A DNA stretch of 63,845 nucleotides, filler included, from Choristocarpus tenellus KU-1152 (taxonomy: Eukaryota > Protista > Phaeophyceae), in assembly GCA_964200185.2 (NCBI GenBank). It is 9 parts of 9 records of this genome, joined end to end, with 100 filler letters (N's around TTAATTAATTAA, not from the genome) between each part and the next. Parts side by side here need not be neighbours in the genome. Positions count along the whole stretch, not along the records: positions 50,089 to 58,787 come from CAXNAD020004432.1; positions 58,888 to 63,845 come from CAXNAD020012379.1; 7 more parts are not named here. One strand, written 5' to 3'. Below, piece after piece: positions 53,128 to 63,845 of this stretch (the first letter of the stretch is position 1; each line of letters begins with the position of its first letter). The position numbers and the translations under genes are program-made. The notes beneath the pieces were generated by a model. That model was not told the origin of the DNA. It made no database searches and worked only from the letters and a program-made list of their open reading frames with translations.

Positions 53128-53963
53128 TAGGAATGACGTCGTCAGCAGGAGCAAATAGGAGTGTAAGGGTGAGTCTCCTGTTTGAGAGGTCGACCAGAGG
53201 ACAATAAGTGGGTGCGATCAACCTACTTCATCGCAAGTTGCACAGAAAAATAGGAGACTGGGAGCGGGAACACATTTCTACCTTGCCACCCACCACCTCC
53301 GATCCGTCTTTCCTGTTCGCGTAACGGCAAGGGCACTCTTCTACATCCACGTTAGGCTATTCGAATACAACGGTCTGCAAGAGAATAGCCGCAACGGAAT
53401 GTCAGATCACTGCTGGGGTCGAACTCCACCCACTCATTGTATGTTTCCTCTATACCCCCTGTGGATCCCAATACAAACCTGGGCGGGGTCGATTTGGAGT
53501 GCAATTGGCTCGTCGGTGACCATTTTCTTGCCCCTGCACGTTGCAGTATCGCGTTAGAGCGGTTGAAGAACCAATGAGCGATCTGATTCTCAACAACTAG
53601 CTTAAGAGTCTGTACCGACACCACTTTCCCTTCATCCAGAAGTGTCTCCTTCCCCACCTCGTGCAGTATCGCAGTTTATATAGTAGTCAACTATGTCAAG
53701 TTCAGCGTTACGAGGTGTTTGAGGTTCTCGTAATACCTTCGTAGGCGGTTTATAACTGGTTTTGAAACACCACTCAGTCATAGTATTCGCTTCATCAACC
53801 GAATTATACCACCATCTGATCCAAAACTGCCCGCTTTGCTGCGGAGAGGCAGATGCTGGTTTCAGCAAACTGAAGTATTTGATTGCGCCTACATTGAATA
53901 TTCTGTTCGAGTACAGCGTCATTCTAGTTATAGCTGTGCGCCGTGGGTAGAGACTAAAACGTC

Positions 53964-56900
53964 ATGGTGGAATCCACCAAATTTCATGACAGAATTGTTG
54001 CTCACAGTGAGGCAACTATAGCACCCGTGCCACTGGCTTTTGCTGCAATCCACATAATCAAATACTTCATGGCAGGTATGTTAGTCAGCCTTTCGATGCT
54101 ACAGTGGATATTGTCAGGGAGTATTGCGACCATGATTGGTTAGCAATTCTCATCTCTGCTTGATTTCAATAAGAAACTTGATCGGTAGGTTAGATAGTGG
54201 ACAGGATGGCGTGCACAGGTGCAAAAAGTTCGATTCTTAAATATCTCAGAGAGACATAATAAAACTGATCAATTCATGAATATAGTGTTTGGCAGACACT
54301 CAAGCACCGCCTCCTGCAACGATCTCGAAATAGCTGTGAGAGGATCGGGTACACTTGACTAATACCCTGTGGTAACTTCTCTGTGAGTCACAATTGATAT
54401 GTTCCTTATTGTCAATAGTGTTCTTCGTTCCACACTGCGCTGCGATACTGCAGGAACGGTGGCAGGGTTGAGCGAGTGCGCTTCCTCATACCCTCTGGAT
54501 ACAATCAAGACAAGACTGCAGGCTCCGGCTGGACGGGGTAGCTTTGGTGGACCCTTGGAGTGTCTGCTGAAGACTGTAAGGGAGGATGGTCCCTTAGCCT
54601 TGTACAGGTGAGCTATTTCTTCGTACGGACTGTCACAAAGTAGCTGAGATAAGTTAGCTCTCAACTCTATTGACCGTGCTTGGCGATGTTATTTCGCCTC
54701 TTTTAAGAACATTTTCTCTTGCTATAGCCCTGGTTGGCAAGTATACCCTTGGTATGTTGAGTGAGGCGTGCATCATAGCTCTTACTGATGCACTTGACAT
54801 GTCATGAGACACTGTAGTTAGTGGTGAAACAAAATATTCTGGCACTCAGGGCCCCATCTTTTGCATCCTTGCATTCAGGATCCAGCCTGGTCCACTACTC
54901 TCTGTCCATGTCCGCAAACACATAATGCATTACCCCTCTCTTTCAAGTGTTCTGAGCATGCCAGAGCTAATGCTAATATCGGAGTGTATGGTTGATTAAG
55001 ATAGCTTAGCAAGAAGAGTGGATTGACTTGTGGGGTGGAAACTAACTCGATATTGCCATATTTACGCACTTCCATCGCCTCTCAAAATCCTTAAATATAT
55101 TGGGCTTTGTTTTCAGGCACAATTTTGAGGTAGGAAATAACAAAGTGACATAAGTGCCTCCTTCATCCTGATATGCTTGTATTCATTACAAGTATTAATA
55201 CTGTGTATTTTTGAATATGTCGTCTCTCTCAAGTTTCTATTGACTGGAAGTGACATATGCACGCCATATTGTCAGAAGCCTTTGTTGGTCTCTACCCTCT
55301 TGCCAGTCATATCATAACCGGAAAAGCTGGTCACCTCTCCTGCACCCATCCTCCCTCGACCCACAATTGTTTTTAGGGGCATGTCTTCACGACTATTGGC
55401 AAACATGCTGTCCTCTTCAATCATGTTTGGGGCAAATGGCATGCTCAAAGAGCTGCTGCATGCTGATTCAAGCAAGGTGCAAAACAACATCTAGTAGTGT
55501 CACATGTGTAGCATCTTATCCTTGCCCTACATCCTCACAATAATCCAGTAGTTCCTTAGTGGGATTGATTGTTGTAAAATCGGAGTAAAGCCTTGTTGCT
55601 GCACCATTCTGCTGTAGAGCTCTGATAGGTCCTATGTGATTTGTGTCTAACTACCCTCCTACTTTTTCTATTTTTCATGTGCTCAAATTTATTCCAACAT
55701 ATAATCAGAATATTTACCTCCCTGGCTTGTATGATAGATAGCCCCGCATACTAAAGTGCATGCAGCACTGCATTTTACCAAGCCTTTGCAAGATCAAGGG
55801 GAATTGGTCCACTCCTGCAAAGCACAAAGCCTGCCCTCCCGACAATTTTTGGCTCTGGGATACCCCCTCTCCACCCCGCACCCTAACCCTTGTGTCAATC
55901 AAAAACTCAAGGAGACAATGCATGATCCCCAAAGAGATACAGTATGTCCACGTGGGGGCTGTTTTGTAGTTGACAACAGGAAACAGTTGGGGTGTGTATG
56001 GTATATGATACAAATGGCTCAGCAGAACAGACTGAGAACTTTGGTGGTGTGCAGTACAGTGCAGTGCAGAAGAGTGAGGGTGGTTGTGCGTGTTTTGAGT
56101 CTTTTTTTTTTAAACTTGTTGCCTCCATGTCCATCATGTTACTACCTCTTCGGTGATTCCTTCCATTGATTAGTCCTCTAATACATCAGTTTTCACCAAA
56201 TAACAACCCTTCAGGCATTCAACTCCATTCCTCACACATGCGCCTGCACAACTTTGCCTTATCAAATGCGGCCTGCTTCAATGCGCAATACCACCGCTTC
56301 TCACCTACCGTGCTTGCATGCAGCCAATGAGTGCTCGCTTCATGATGGCAGCAACGGGAACCGGTGTGTTGGAGGCGATCGCGTACACTCCACTGGAGCT
56401 TGTGAAAACTCGCATGCAGGCAAGAACAAACCCTGACATTGCGCTGAAAAAGACCTACACAATTCTTAAACGGAAGATGGGAAGAGTGTATGGCAGACGG
56501 CCCCTTTCTTTTTTCTTATTTGGTGTGCCATGTACTGTGTGTTTCGGAGGTTGTCTGCAGTATATTTTTTTGTTTCGAACTAGACGCTCAAGACGCTCGG
56601 TTCACCGTGTGCGTTTGGATCACATTTGCATATCGCTATATGGTGCTTTTGACACACTGTTAGTTATTAGTAATGCACTTCGAGACAGCACTATCTACCA
56701 TCAAATCTGTGGTCAGGGCACCCCCGTCTGAAGAAAAAGATGGGCCATGATAGTACTCTTGATACGCTGACCCCTCTACTGGGTGTGTCCCAGTAAGGAT
56801 GTGATTTGATTGGTGAGGTGTGCATCGATAAAAAAGGGTCTATAGTAGGTTAAAGAGTGAGCCGTCCCAAGCCTTGCAGTCTGGATCCATGGCAACATGG

Positions 56901-58437
56901 TTCTAAATTTTTCCTCTGGAGTATATGTATGTAGTATATGTGTTGTGGGAGGGATTAATAGGTAGGCATTTGGCATAACTCTTCTGAGTTGAATTTCGAT
57001 AGGTAGCACATGGTATGGAGTCGTTACAGGTGTTATGAGATTGTTGGAAATACATGGAAACAACTCAACAGTATGGTAGCGATATTACAAGGTTTTACTT
57101 GAGACATATACTGGCAGAGGGCATATGTTGAGATGCTTTGTGGGGGTTAAGGGGATGCTGTTGCAAGTGATATACATATGACTTAAGAAAACAGCATTTG
57201 ATGGTGTAGCAGTGAAGTGTTTTGAATCATTTGGTGTACAAGGTATTGAAAGCAAGTGAGCACAGGCATTTGATGCATTCTGCTAATGGCAGACACAGAA
57301 TGATATGTATCCCTGCATGTCACTTCGGGGGACTGGTCTTCCAGGGCTTGTTCGTTGATGTTTGGGTCACTGAAGAATTGAGAGGCATTGAAGTGCTTTG
57401 TGCTCATGCAGGCTCATTCTGTGTTTGATTCTCTACACAGGCCACCATCACTTCCATGTTGTGGGTTTGAACTAGTAGGTAAACCCAATCATTTATTCGT
57501 CATGCTTCAGTTCACTTTTTATTTTCCTTTTGCAAGCCGGTTATTTCTGGATTTCGTTATTTCTGTCCCTTAGAAAAGGTGTTGCAACCAGTGTCATCAG
57601 TGTACCTTTTATCACTTGCATGCTAAGTGCGTTGGTTGTGGTTCGCTGTTTGAAATAATTGGCCAAGCACCTGGACATCGACACATAAACAACTGTTGCC
57701 TGTTTGACCTTTTTTTCTAGACACAGCTGTCCGGTATAGTATTTTAGTGGGCCTCAGGCTGAAACAGTGCTTTCAAGCGCAGTGGTGATGATGTAGGAGT
57801 TGGCATATTTTGTTTTGTGTGAGAGGTTTTTGGTAGAGGGTTTCTGCATCTAGGGCGTTGCTGCTGCTGTGAACGTGTGTTGCTTTTTTTTGGGATTGTT
57901 TTGTAACTCATCTCCTGCTGCATGTACTCTGCTTATCTTCATCTTTTTGATTTGGAGTAGCTCTTTTACATTCTATTATGTTTTGTGGTGTTGTCAGCAT
58001 CATGCACACTCCATACTTACCTGTGTCACCAAAGTTCATTGGCTTTGCATCACAGTTGTACTTTGACTGCTGTGTCTGGTTTGGAATGGGTGATGAGGAT
58101 AGGGGGGGCAACTTCAGATGGCAAGCGTAACGGAGTCAGAAGAGTGTGTTATTCAAGGAGTCACCACTATTGAACTACTCAATTTTGTACACAATAGCAC
58201 GTACTTAAGGTAAACACCAATGGGATATAGTGCTTGCAGAATTGGATTGAATGGATCATGCACTTAGGTGGAATATGGCAATACTACAGAACTTTACTTA
58301 AGAAAAACCAACCTACCCTGACATCCCCCTCGGCTTGTCATCAATGCAATCCTCTGCAGGTCCTGAGGGGACACCAACTAACCACCACTACACTCTCCAC
58401 TGCTCGACATATATATGTACAGCAGGGCATTGCCAAG
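53964..58437 (+). CDS. Mitochondrial carrier (SLC25) family protein, 5' part; exons 53964-54075, 54454-54607, 55377-55476, 56324-56419, 58360-~58437
   Basis: Px[DE]xx[KR]x[RK] signatures YPLDTIKTRLQ and TPLELVKTRMQ; EDGPLALYRGM; third repeat lost at the gap. Confidence 0.88.
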
Positions 58438-60124
58438 GTGTGGAAAACCCTTGTGTCCAGAAGACCTCACTCACACCCAAAGAGTATGGCTGTGTGGAGT
58501 GGATAGGTTAGTGAACCTTACAGTAGGCCTGCTTGACTCATTTCTACTTGTTCCCCTATCTGAAATCCGAGTTGTCCTTTGTGACCTATCCTAACCCTTA
58601 CCCCTCCTTCACGATGGACCCTTCCTCTATCGTGAACTCTTTTAGTCTTGGCAAGCCCACATATTGATATTAATGGTCGTTGTGAGATGAGTTGAAGGAC
58701 TTTCCTGCACATGATACACAACGCATCAACCGCTCCCCCCCTCCAAATGCCCCACTCCAGGGTCTATACCGTGGCGTGTCTGCCATGNNNNNNNNNNNNN
58801 NNNNNNNNNNNNNNNNNNNNNNNNNNNNNNNTTAATTAATTAANNNNNNNNNNNNNNNNNNNNNNNNNNNNNNNNNNNNNNNNNNNNGATGCTACCCACA
58901 GTGCACCTGGACAACAGCATTTGGCCCTCTCCAACATTCAGGATGTTGAAAGCATTGACTCAAATTCCCACCCACGGACTGGTTCTCTGTCCCCCGATAG
59001 GGAAACCAAGTCCCCGATGTATTAGAATGATAGGATATCCCCTCACAGACCATATGAGTGTACATTCACGTGATTTTTTTTTTTGTCGTGATCCGAATCT
59101 TTTGTAGAGAATAGGAGAAGTGAAAAAAACGGCGGTTAGTTGCTATGCGATCCTTAATTTTTTGATCTGACTATCTTATTTAGCATCTTTCACGGAAGTA
59201 TAGTGTAGATGAAAAAGCGGCAATTAGTTCCCGTGTAGTAGTAGTAGCGCTGGCTTGAATTTTTTAACTGCTTGTTGACCTCTTTTGTTAGAAGAGAGAG
59301 GAAGGCGGTGGTTGTGGCCAAACATCAGCGAAGGGACTACTCCTCATAGTTAGAGACAGCATTGATGAAAACACACTTGAGCTGATACTTGTGTTGCATA
59401 TTTTCTCTCTCTGTGTGTGTGTGTGTGTGCGTGTGTTCAGACAGGCAACACAGTTCAGCACAATATTTAGTGCGAGGTGTGCGTTTTTTGGTGGGTATTG
59501 TTAGCATTATTTTTTTGCTCTTTGTGCGTGGTATGAAATGATACATTTTGATGTTATTGTGCAATCAGAGGATCAAAGCGTGTAGTATGAGATATCTCCT
59601 GCAGAAAAAAGATACAGACATCAAGAGAATGATGGACTGATTGATGCCTTCTGAGGAGTTTTACTTTATCCACAGATGGCAGGAATGGTACTTATACTAC
59701 AGTAACCGTATCAGCATGAGGTATTATTCATTGGGTATTTTCTTGCAATTTTCAATGATTTCTTTTTTATTATTCAGAATTTTACTTATTCTCAACGTTT
59801 TTTCTGTGATTTTGGGTAAGTTCTTTTTTGCTACCAGGCTACAAATAGTGTGAGGCCTTGCAACATCATGTGTATATATTGGATTGAAGTAGGGTCCTCT
59901 ATCACTCATTGAGAAGGAGCTGTTGTGACATCGACACAAGCCAGTTGGAACTGCTTGGAAGTAAAACAAGGATTATGCGTATGTGGATTCTGTGCTCAGA
60001 TATAGAAACTTGAGAATACCCATCATGTATGGATGTGTGTGTTGTGTGCAACGTGACAAATACAACGGAAAATTGAAACGCACAGGGGTGTTTTGCTACT
60101 GTTACGTACATATACGCATGTACA

Positions 60125-60342
60125 GAGCCAAACCAATTGAGAGGTTGGCTTGTTTGCGCTCTTTTGCGCTCTAAGTCATCTTTCTTATCCTGTGCAATAC
60201 AAAATTGATGTTTCCCCTTTTCAAACACAAAATGACCCCAAAATTAAGAAAAGGTCTTTCTGCAATTGTACAAAAATGACTTATCTTCATCCTTTTTCAT
60301 GATCCCTAAAATGCGAACCCTGCCTACCTCTCAATTTGACTC
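60125..60342. mobile_element. MITE family B copy
   Basis: GAGCCAAACCAATTGAGAGG...CCTACCTCTCAATTTGACTC; ACA on both flanks. Confidence 0.8.
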
Positions 60343-62615
60343 ACATAACATACATGCAGAGTGATTGCAGCTTGATACTATGTATTACTCTTTTCCCACC
60401 AAGCTCTTCATTTACAAGGTATGGTAACAAAGCACCTATGTTATTTATACAGTCAGGCATGAGACCCTGACCTTGCTTGGTTAAGAGATGCATTGTGCAG
60501 GTGAGGAGTGCCGTATTCTGAGCAAGATTTTTCATGTCCTGTTTAACATTGAGGTGGCACTTATTGTTGCAATCACTGTTCAACTGAGGCAGACACTCTA
60601 CCACTGTTCCACTAGTGCAGACAATCGAACAGATGTATCTCAAATGCTTAACAAAAGCAGAGGCTGGAAACCTACCCAGCATAATCCTTGGGCCATCACC
60701 CCAATTACCACGCGATCTCCCCAAGCTTCTATCTCAATCTTTACATCTACCTGTCCTTGGGTCCCTCTCTCACTCTCATCTTTATTCTCCATCTGCACTT
60801 GTATAGAGTCGGGAAACCAGAATGTTTTTCGAAACCAGAGGCTACGAACCTACCCAGCTCAATCCATATTCCATCACACCAATAATCACATGCTCTCCCT
60901 GAGCAATTATTTCAATTTTCGTGTTTCCCCTGAGGCTGTCGCTGGACCCCACTCTCACTCAATCTATATCCTCCCACCTTAAGGAGTCGAGAAAACGGTC
61001 CACCTGGGGCTGATCCCAGTCTCTTTTTCTTGTCAAGCACTTGAGATACTGCCCTCCACCTCAAACATTTGGTTTTGTGTTGGTATCAGTTTTTATTCTC
61101 ACTTTGGAGATGACATACCTGCTTCCATGAAGGCCAACCCTCTCTAGGTTTGTTTTCAATTTCAAGCGATCTGCTTTCCTGACTCCCCACAGTGAGATGA
61201 TAAGGTGAGAAAGGGGTTCAAGGACGGGAACGCAAAGGTTGAGATGACTGCTTGAGGAGATTGTGTTATTATTTAGGGGTGATGGGGGAGAGATTACGCT
61301 GGGTAGGTTCCCAGTATCTGATTTTTGTCAAAAACCAATATACCACAGTTTCACCAGGACAGAGATAGTCGTGTGAGTGATTGCTCCAGCGGAATAACAG
61401 TAGTATGGTGCAAACAGTGGTAACATGCAGGATTCGGTTTAGTGGGCAGTACGGTAAACCGAGAGAAAGGTGCTGACGTTAGTATATTTGGAAATTCCTT
61501 TACTATTGGGAGTAAACGCATAGTGTCATACTGCTCCGTTAAGTGATGATGCCAATCAATGTAATATATCCCAATGTTATGTATTATATATATTATTATG
61601 GTCCCTGACATTTTGTAGATGTGTGAGGGAGATGATGGTCAAACCAATATCGCAAGTACCTGTGAAAAAGTAACAGTAGCTATCGTATAATTATATTATT
61701 TTGCCCTCGGACAATTTGTAGACATGTGAAAGGGGGGGCGGGAACAGAGACCAAACTATATGGCAAGAACAACGTTGGGTAATAATAGCTACCGATCGAT
61801 GCTAAGATACCTACCTAAAATGTGTAATATTTGAAAACTTAGACAACACTGTCTCCTAAGAGATTGTTACTGGTCAAATCCGGTATTTTTTTGTTTTGGT
61901 GGTGGGTTGATATTAGTAGGGAGAGTTTGTCGCACCTGGCTTCAATTGCGCAATCCCTTAAATTTTCCTTTACGTTGCTGTATGTTATGCCTACACGTTT
62001 TTTTTGGGAAACGAAATCAAGAGTAATTTTAGCAAGGCATGGTGTCTCCAAGGTCAAGGTTCGTATGATTTTTATCTTTTATTTTTATGTGTCCCACATT
62101 AGTTATGGATGATATGATCCTGACACGCGGTCGATCGGAGGCGTTACAAACTGTGTGATACAAGACAGGAGTTTTTTTATTTCGATTGCGCAATCTTATA
62201 TTTTGCACTACTAGTGTGGATAGCATGTTTGTTGTTATACCGTTACCGCCGTGTGCCATATACCGTTATACCAATTGAGGTTCCTTGTCAAACATCCATG
62301 ATTCCACTGGCAGACCTTCCGTCAGAGTGAAATCATGGAATCTCTTCACGAGACCAATCCCAGAGACTTGGGACAGGTCGTCATTAAGAGTTGTCACACA
62401 TGAATGATTCACTTTGTTCTCACGTCTTGACTTGTGGTGATGAAGCCCCATCTCTGAAGGTGCTCATCACTCCTCAATTTGCACTTGTCCAACCTTAACC
62501 TGTTATCTCGATTATGGTTCGTCTTTGCTCGTCTGCTCTTTCTTGCCTGGTGATTCTCTTCGCCACCCATGTCTGAGTGAACCACGCCGCTAGAGAATCA
62601 CACGATTCACATTAG

Positions 62616-62665
62616 CGACACCGGTGAGATTCGAACTCACGCGTGCGAAGCACACAAACTTAGCA
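62616..62665 (-). pseudogene. tRNA-Ser(GCT) 3'-half fragment (positions ~33-73)
   Basis: Minus strand T-GCT-AA-GTTTG, variable arm GTGC-TTC-GCAC, T-arm GTGAG-TTCGAAT-CTCAC, acceptor strand CGGTGTC + G discriminator. No 5' half was found nearby. Confidence 0.85.
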
Positions 62666-63077
62666 TTCACACTAGTATCTGTAAATGACTAAACTTGTGT
62701 TCCAAAGACTATTTTTCATTGATGGAATGATTAGTAGGGGGACGTGGACATTATCACAATATTACTTGTTGAAGTGTTGTATTTAGCTTTTGAACCAATT
62801 GGCTCGCATCACTCAAACAATGCCCTCCAATGTAAGGCAGAGTCAAATGTTATATTTCAATCTCAACCTATCCTGCCTGTTCCTATACCACAAAAAAATG
62901 TCGGGTCAAGATTGTTTTGGAAACTTCAGGGGGAAACAAAGCCACGAGAGTTAAGAGTGCTGAACCCAACGTGTGAGAAGCAAGGCAGGAATGGAGGCAG
63001 TACAAAATAACAGTATTAATAGTCATTAGTATGAGAAGTAGTGTAATGTAGTGCCTCTCTCCACCGGTTGAGATCAT

Positions 63078-63333
63078 GACTCAAAGTAAACAAGAGATAT
63101 CCAGCTTTGCATTTTAAGGATGCAAACAGATGTCCAAATTTCGACTTTTTGCACAAACGCGTGTAGGAATTTTCGAACTCTGTCAAAATTTTCGAACAAT
63201 TGAGAGATGAATGGTCTGAAGTAAATCATACTACTTCATCCTTAGAAATAAGGGTGAACTACAAAAAAAGATGAAAAAGTAACTTGAAATTTAAAAAGGC
63301 CAACCCCTGGGTACCTCTTGTTTACTTTGGGGA
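63078..63333. mobile_element. MITE family C-like copy
   Basis: GACTCAAAGTAAACAAGAGATATCCAG...CTGGGTACCTCTTGTTTACTTTGGGG inverted termini. Confidence 0.7.
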
Positions 63334-63845
63334 TGCTCCTGACTAATTTTATGGTGCACAATACCATCCATCACATTATTATCACTCCTTACTCCTCCAA
63401 TGTAAGTCAAATGTTTATGGGATAATAACAAAAAATAGAACTATAATGTAGTCCGTAAACTTATTCTGACCTGTCATCAGAGGCAACATACACTGCATTA
63501 TGAATGAACCACTATGGTCTGTACTTATTGTTGTATGTAACAACTATTATTGCACTAGTAGAACTAATTGTACAGCCTTTGATCTTGCTTACTTCTCGCG
63601 CGTTAGGTTCAGCCACTCCATTCCTCGTCACTCCTCCTCCCTCAAATCTTGTCATAGATCCACCTTGGTGTCTCTTTGCAATGAAACCTTCCCACAACGT
63701 TCTGTTCCAGCGTTTTTCTAGTATTGCAGCATGTTTTGGGATAGTACAGATGTACAATCTATAGCGGTTGCCTCGTAGTCCTTGCAGAATCGAAACCAGA
63801 TTTCCATCGAAATAAACCTCCTCATCTAAATCAGGTTTGAGCAAA

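Noticed and set aside
53352-53922. Two overlapping ~100-aa minus-strand ORFs between the MSP and carrier genes
   Set aside because: No recognisable motifs and no stop-free splice path into the MSP gene; probably promoter or UTR
5505-58887. Repeated palindrome TTAATTAATTAA
   Set aside because: Always centred in 100-bp N blocks; it is an artificial six-frame-stop linker
60440-60500. Exon-like segment (DPDLAWLRDALC|gtgag) possibly continuing the carrier gene, or a Sec codon
   Set aside because: In-frame TGA immediately upstream, different contig, no SECIS evidence
1-63845. Endogenous giant virus, Polinton or Fanzor/TnpB genes
   Set aside because: No capsid, packaging ATPase, PolB, tyrosine recombinase or RuvC motifs recognised by eye; an HMM search would be needed to exclude decayed copies

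Overview
Eukaryotic, intron-containing, transposon-rich DNA. It is most likely from a photosynthetic stramenopile (brown-alga-like); this is inferred from a plastid protein with a bipartite signal peptide plus ASAF-type motif and from the TE types present. The window is nine contigs joined by artificial 100-bp spacers (N44-TTAATTAATTAA-N44), so adjacency across gaps is not evidence of linkage. Host genes: one choline/ethanolamine kinase exon; a compact cluster of a DUF3119 plastid protein (-), ENY2/Sus1 (+) and the 3' part of GCN1 (-); an MSP/VAP-domain gene (-) divergent from a mitochondrial carrier gene (+). The rest is mostly decayed mobile DNA: a CRE-like RLE non-LTR fragment, an internally deleted Copia, a PIF/Harbinger transposase remnant, a chromodomain Gypsy, about nine ~180-260 bp MITEs sharing GA(G/C)YCAAA termini, and several minisatellites. 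The most notable observations are (i) three, possibly four, eroded elements with a SWIM zinc finger followed by a Ulp1/C48 SUMO-protease-like region, and (ii) a precise tRNA-Ser(GCT) 3'-half retrocopy between target-site duplications. I found no intact, clearly novel multi-gene system. All protein assignments are by eye from motifs; no database search was run.
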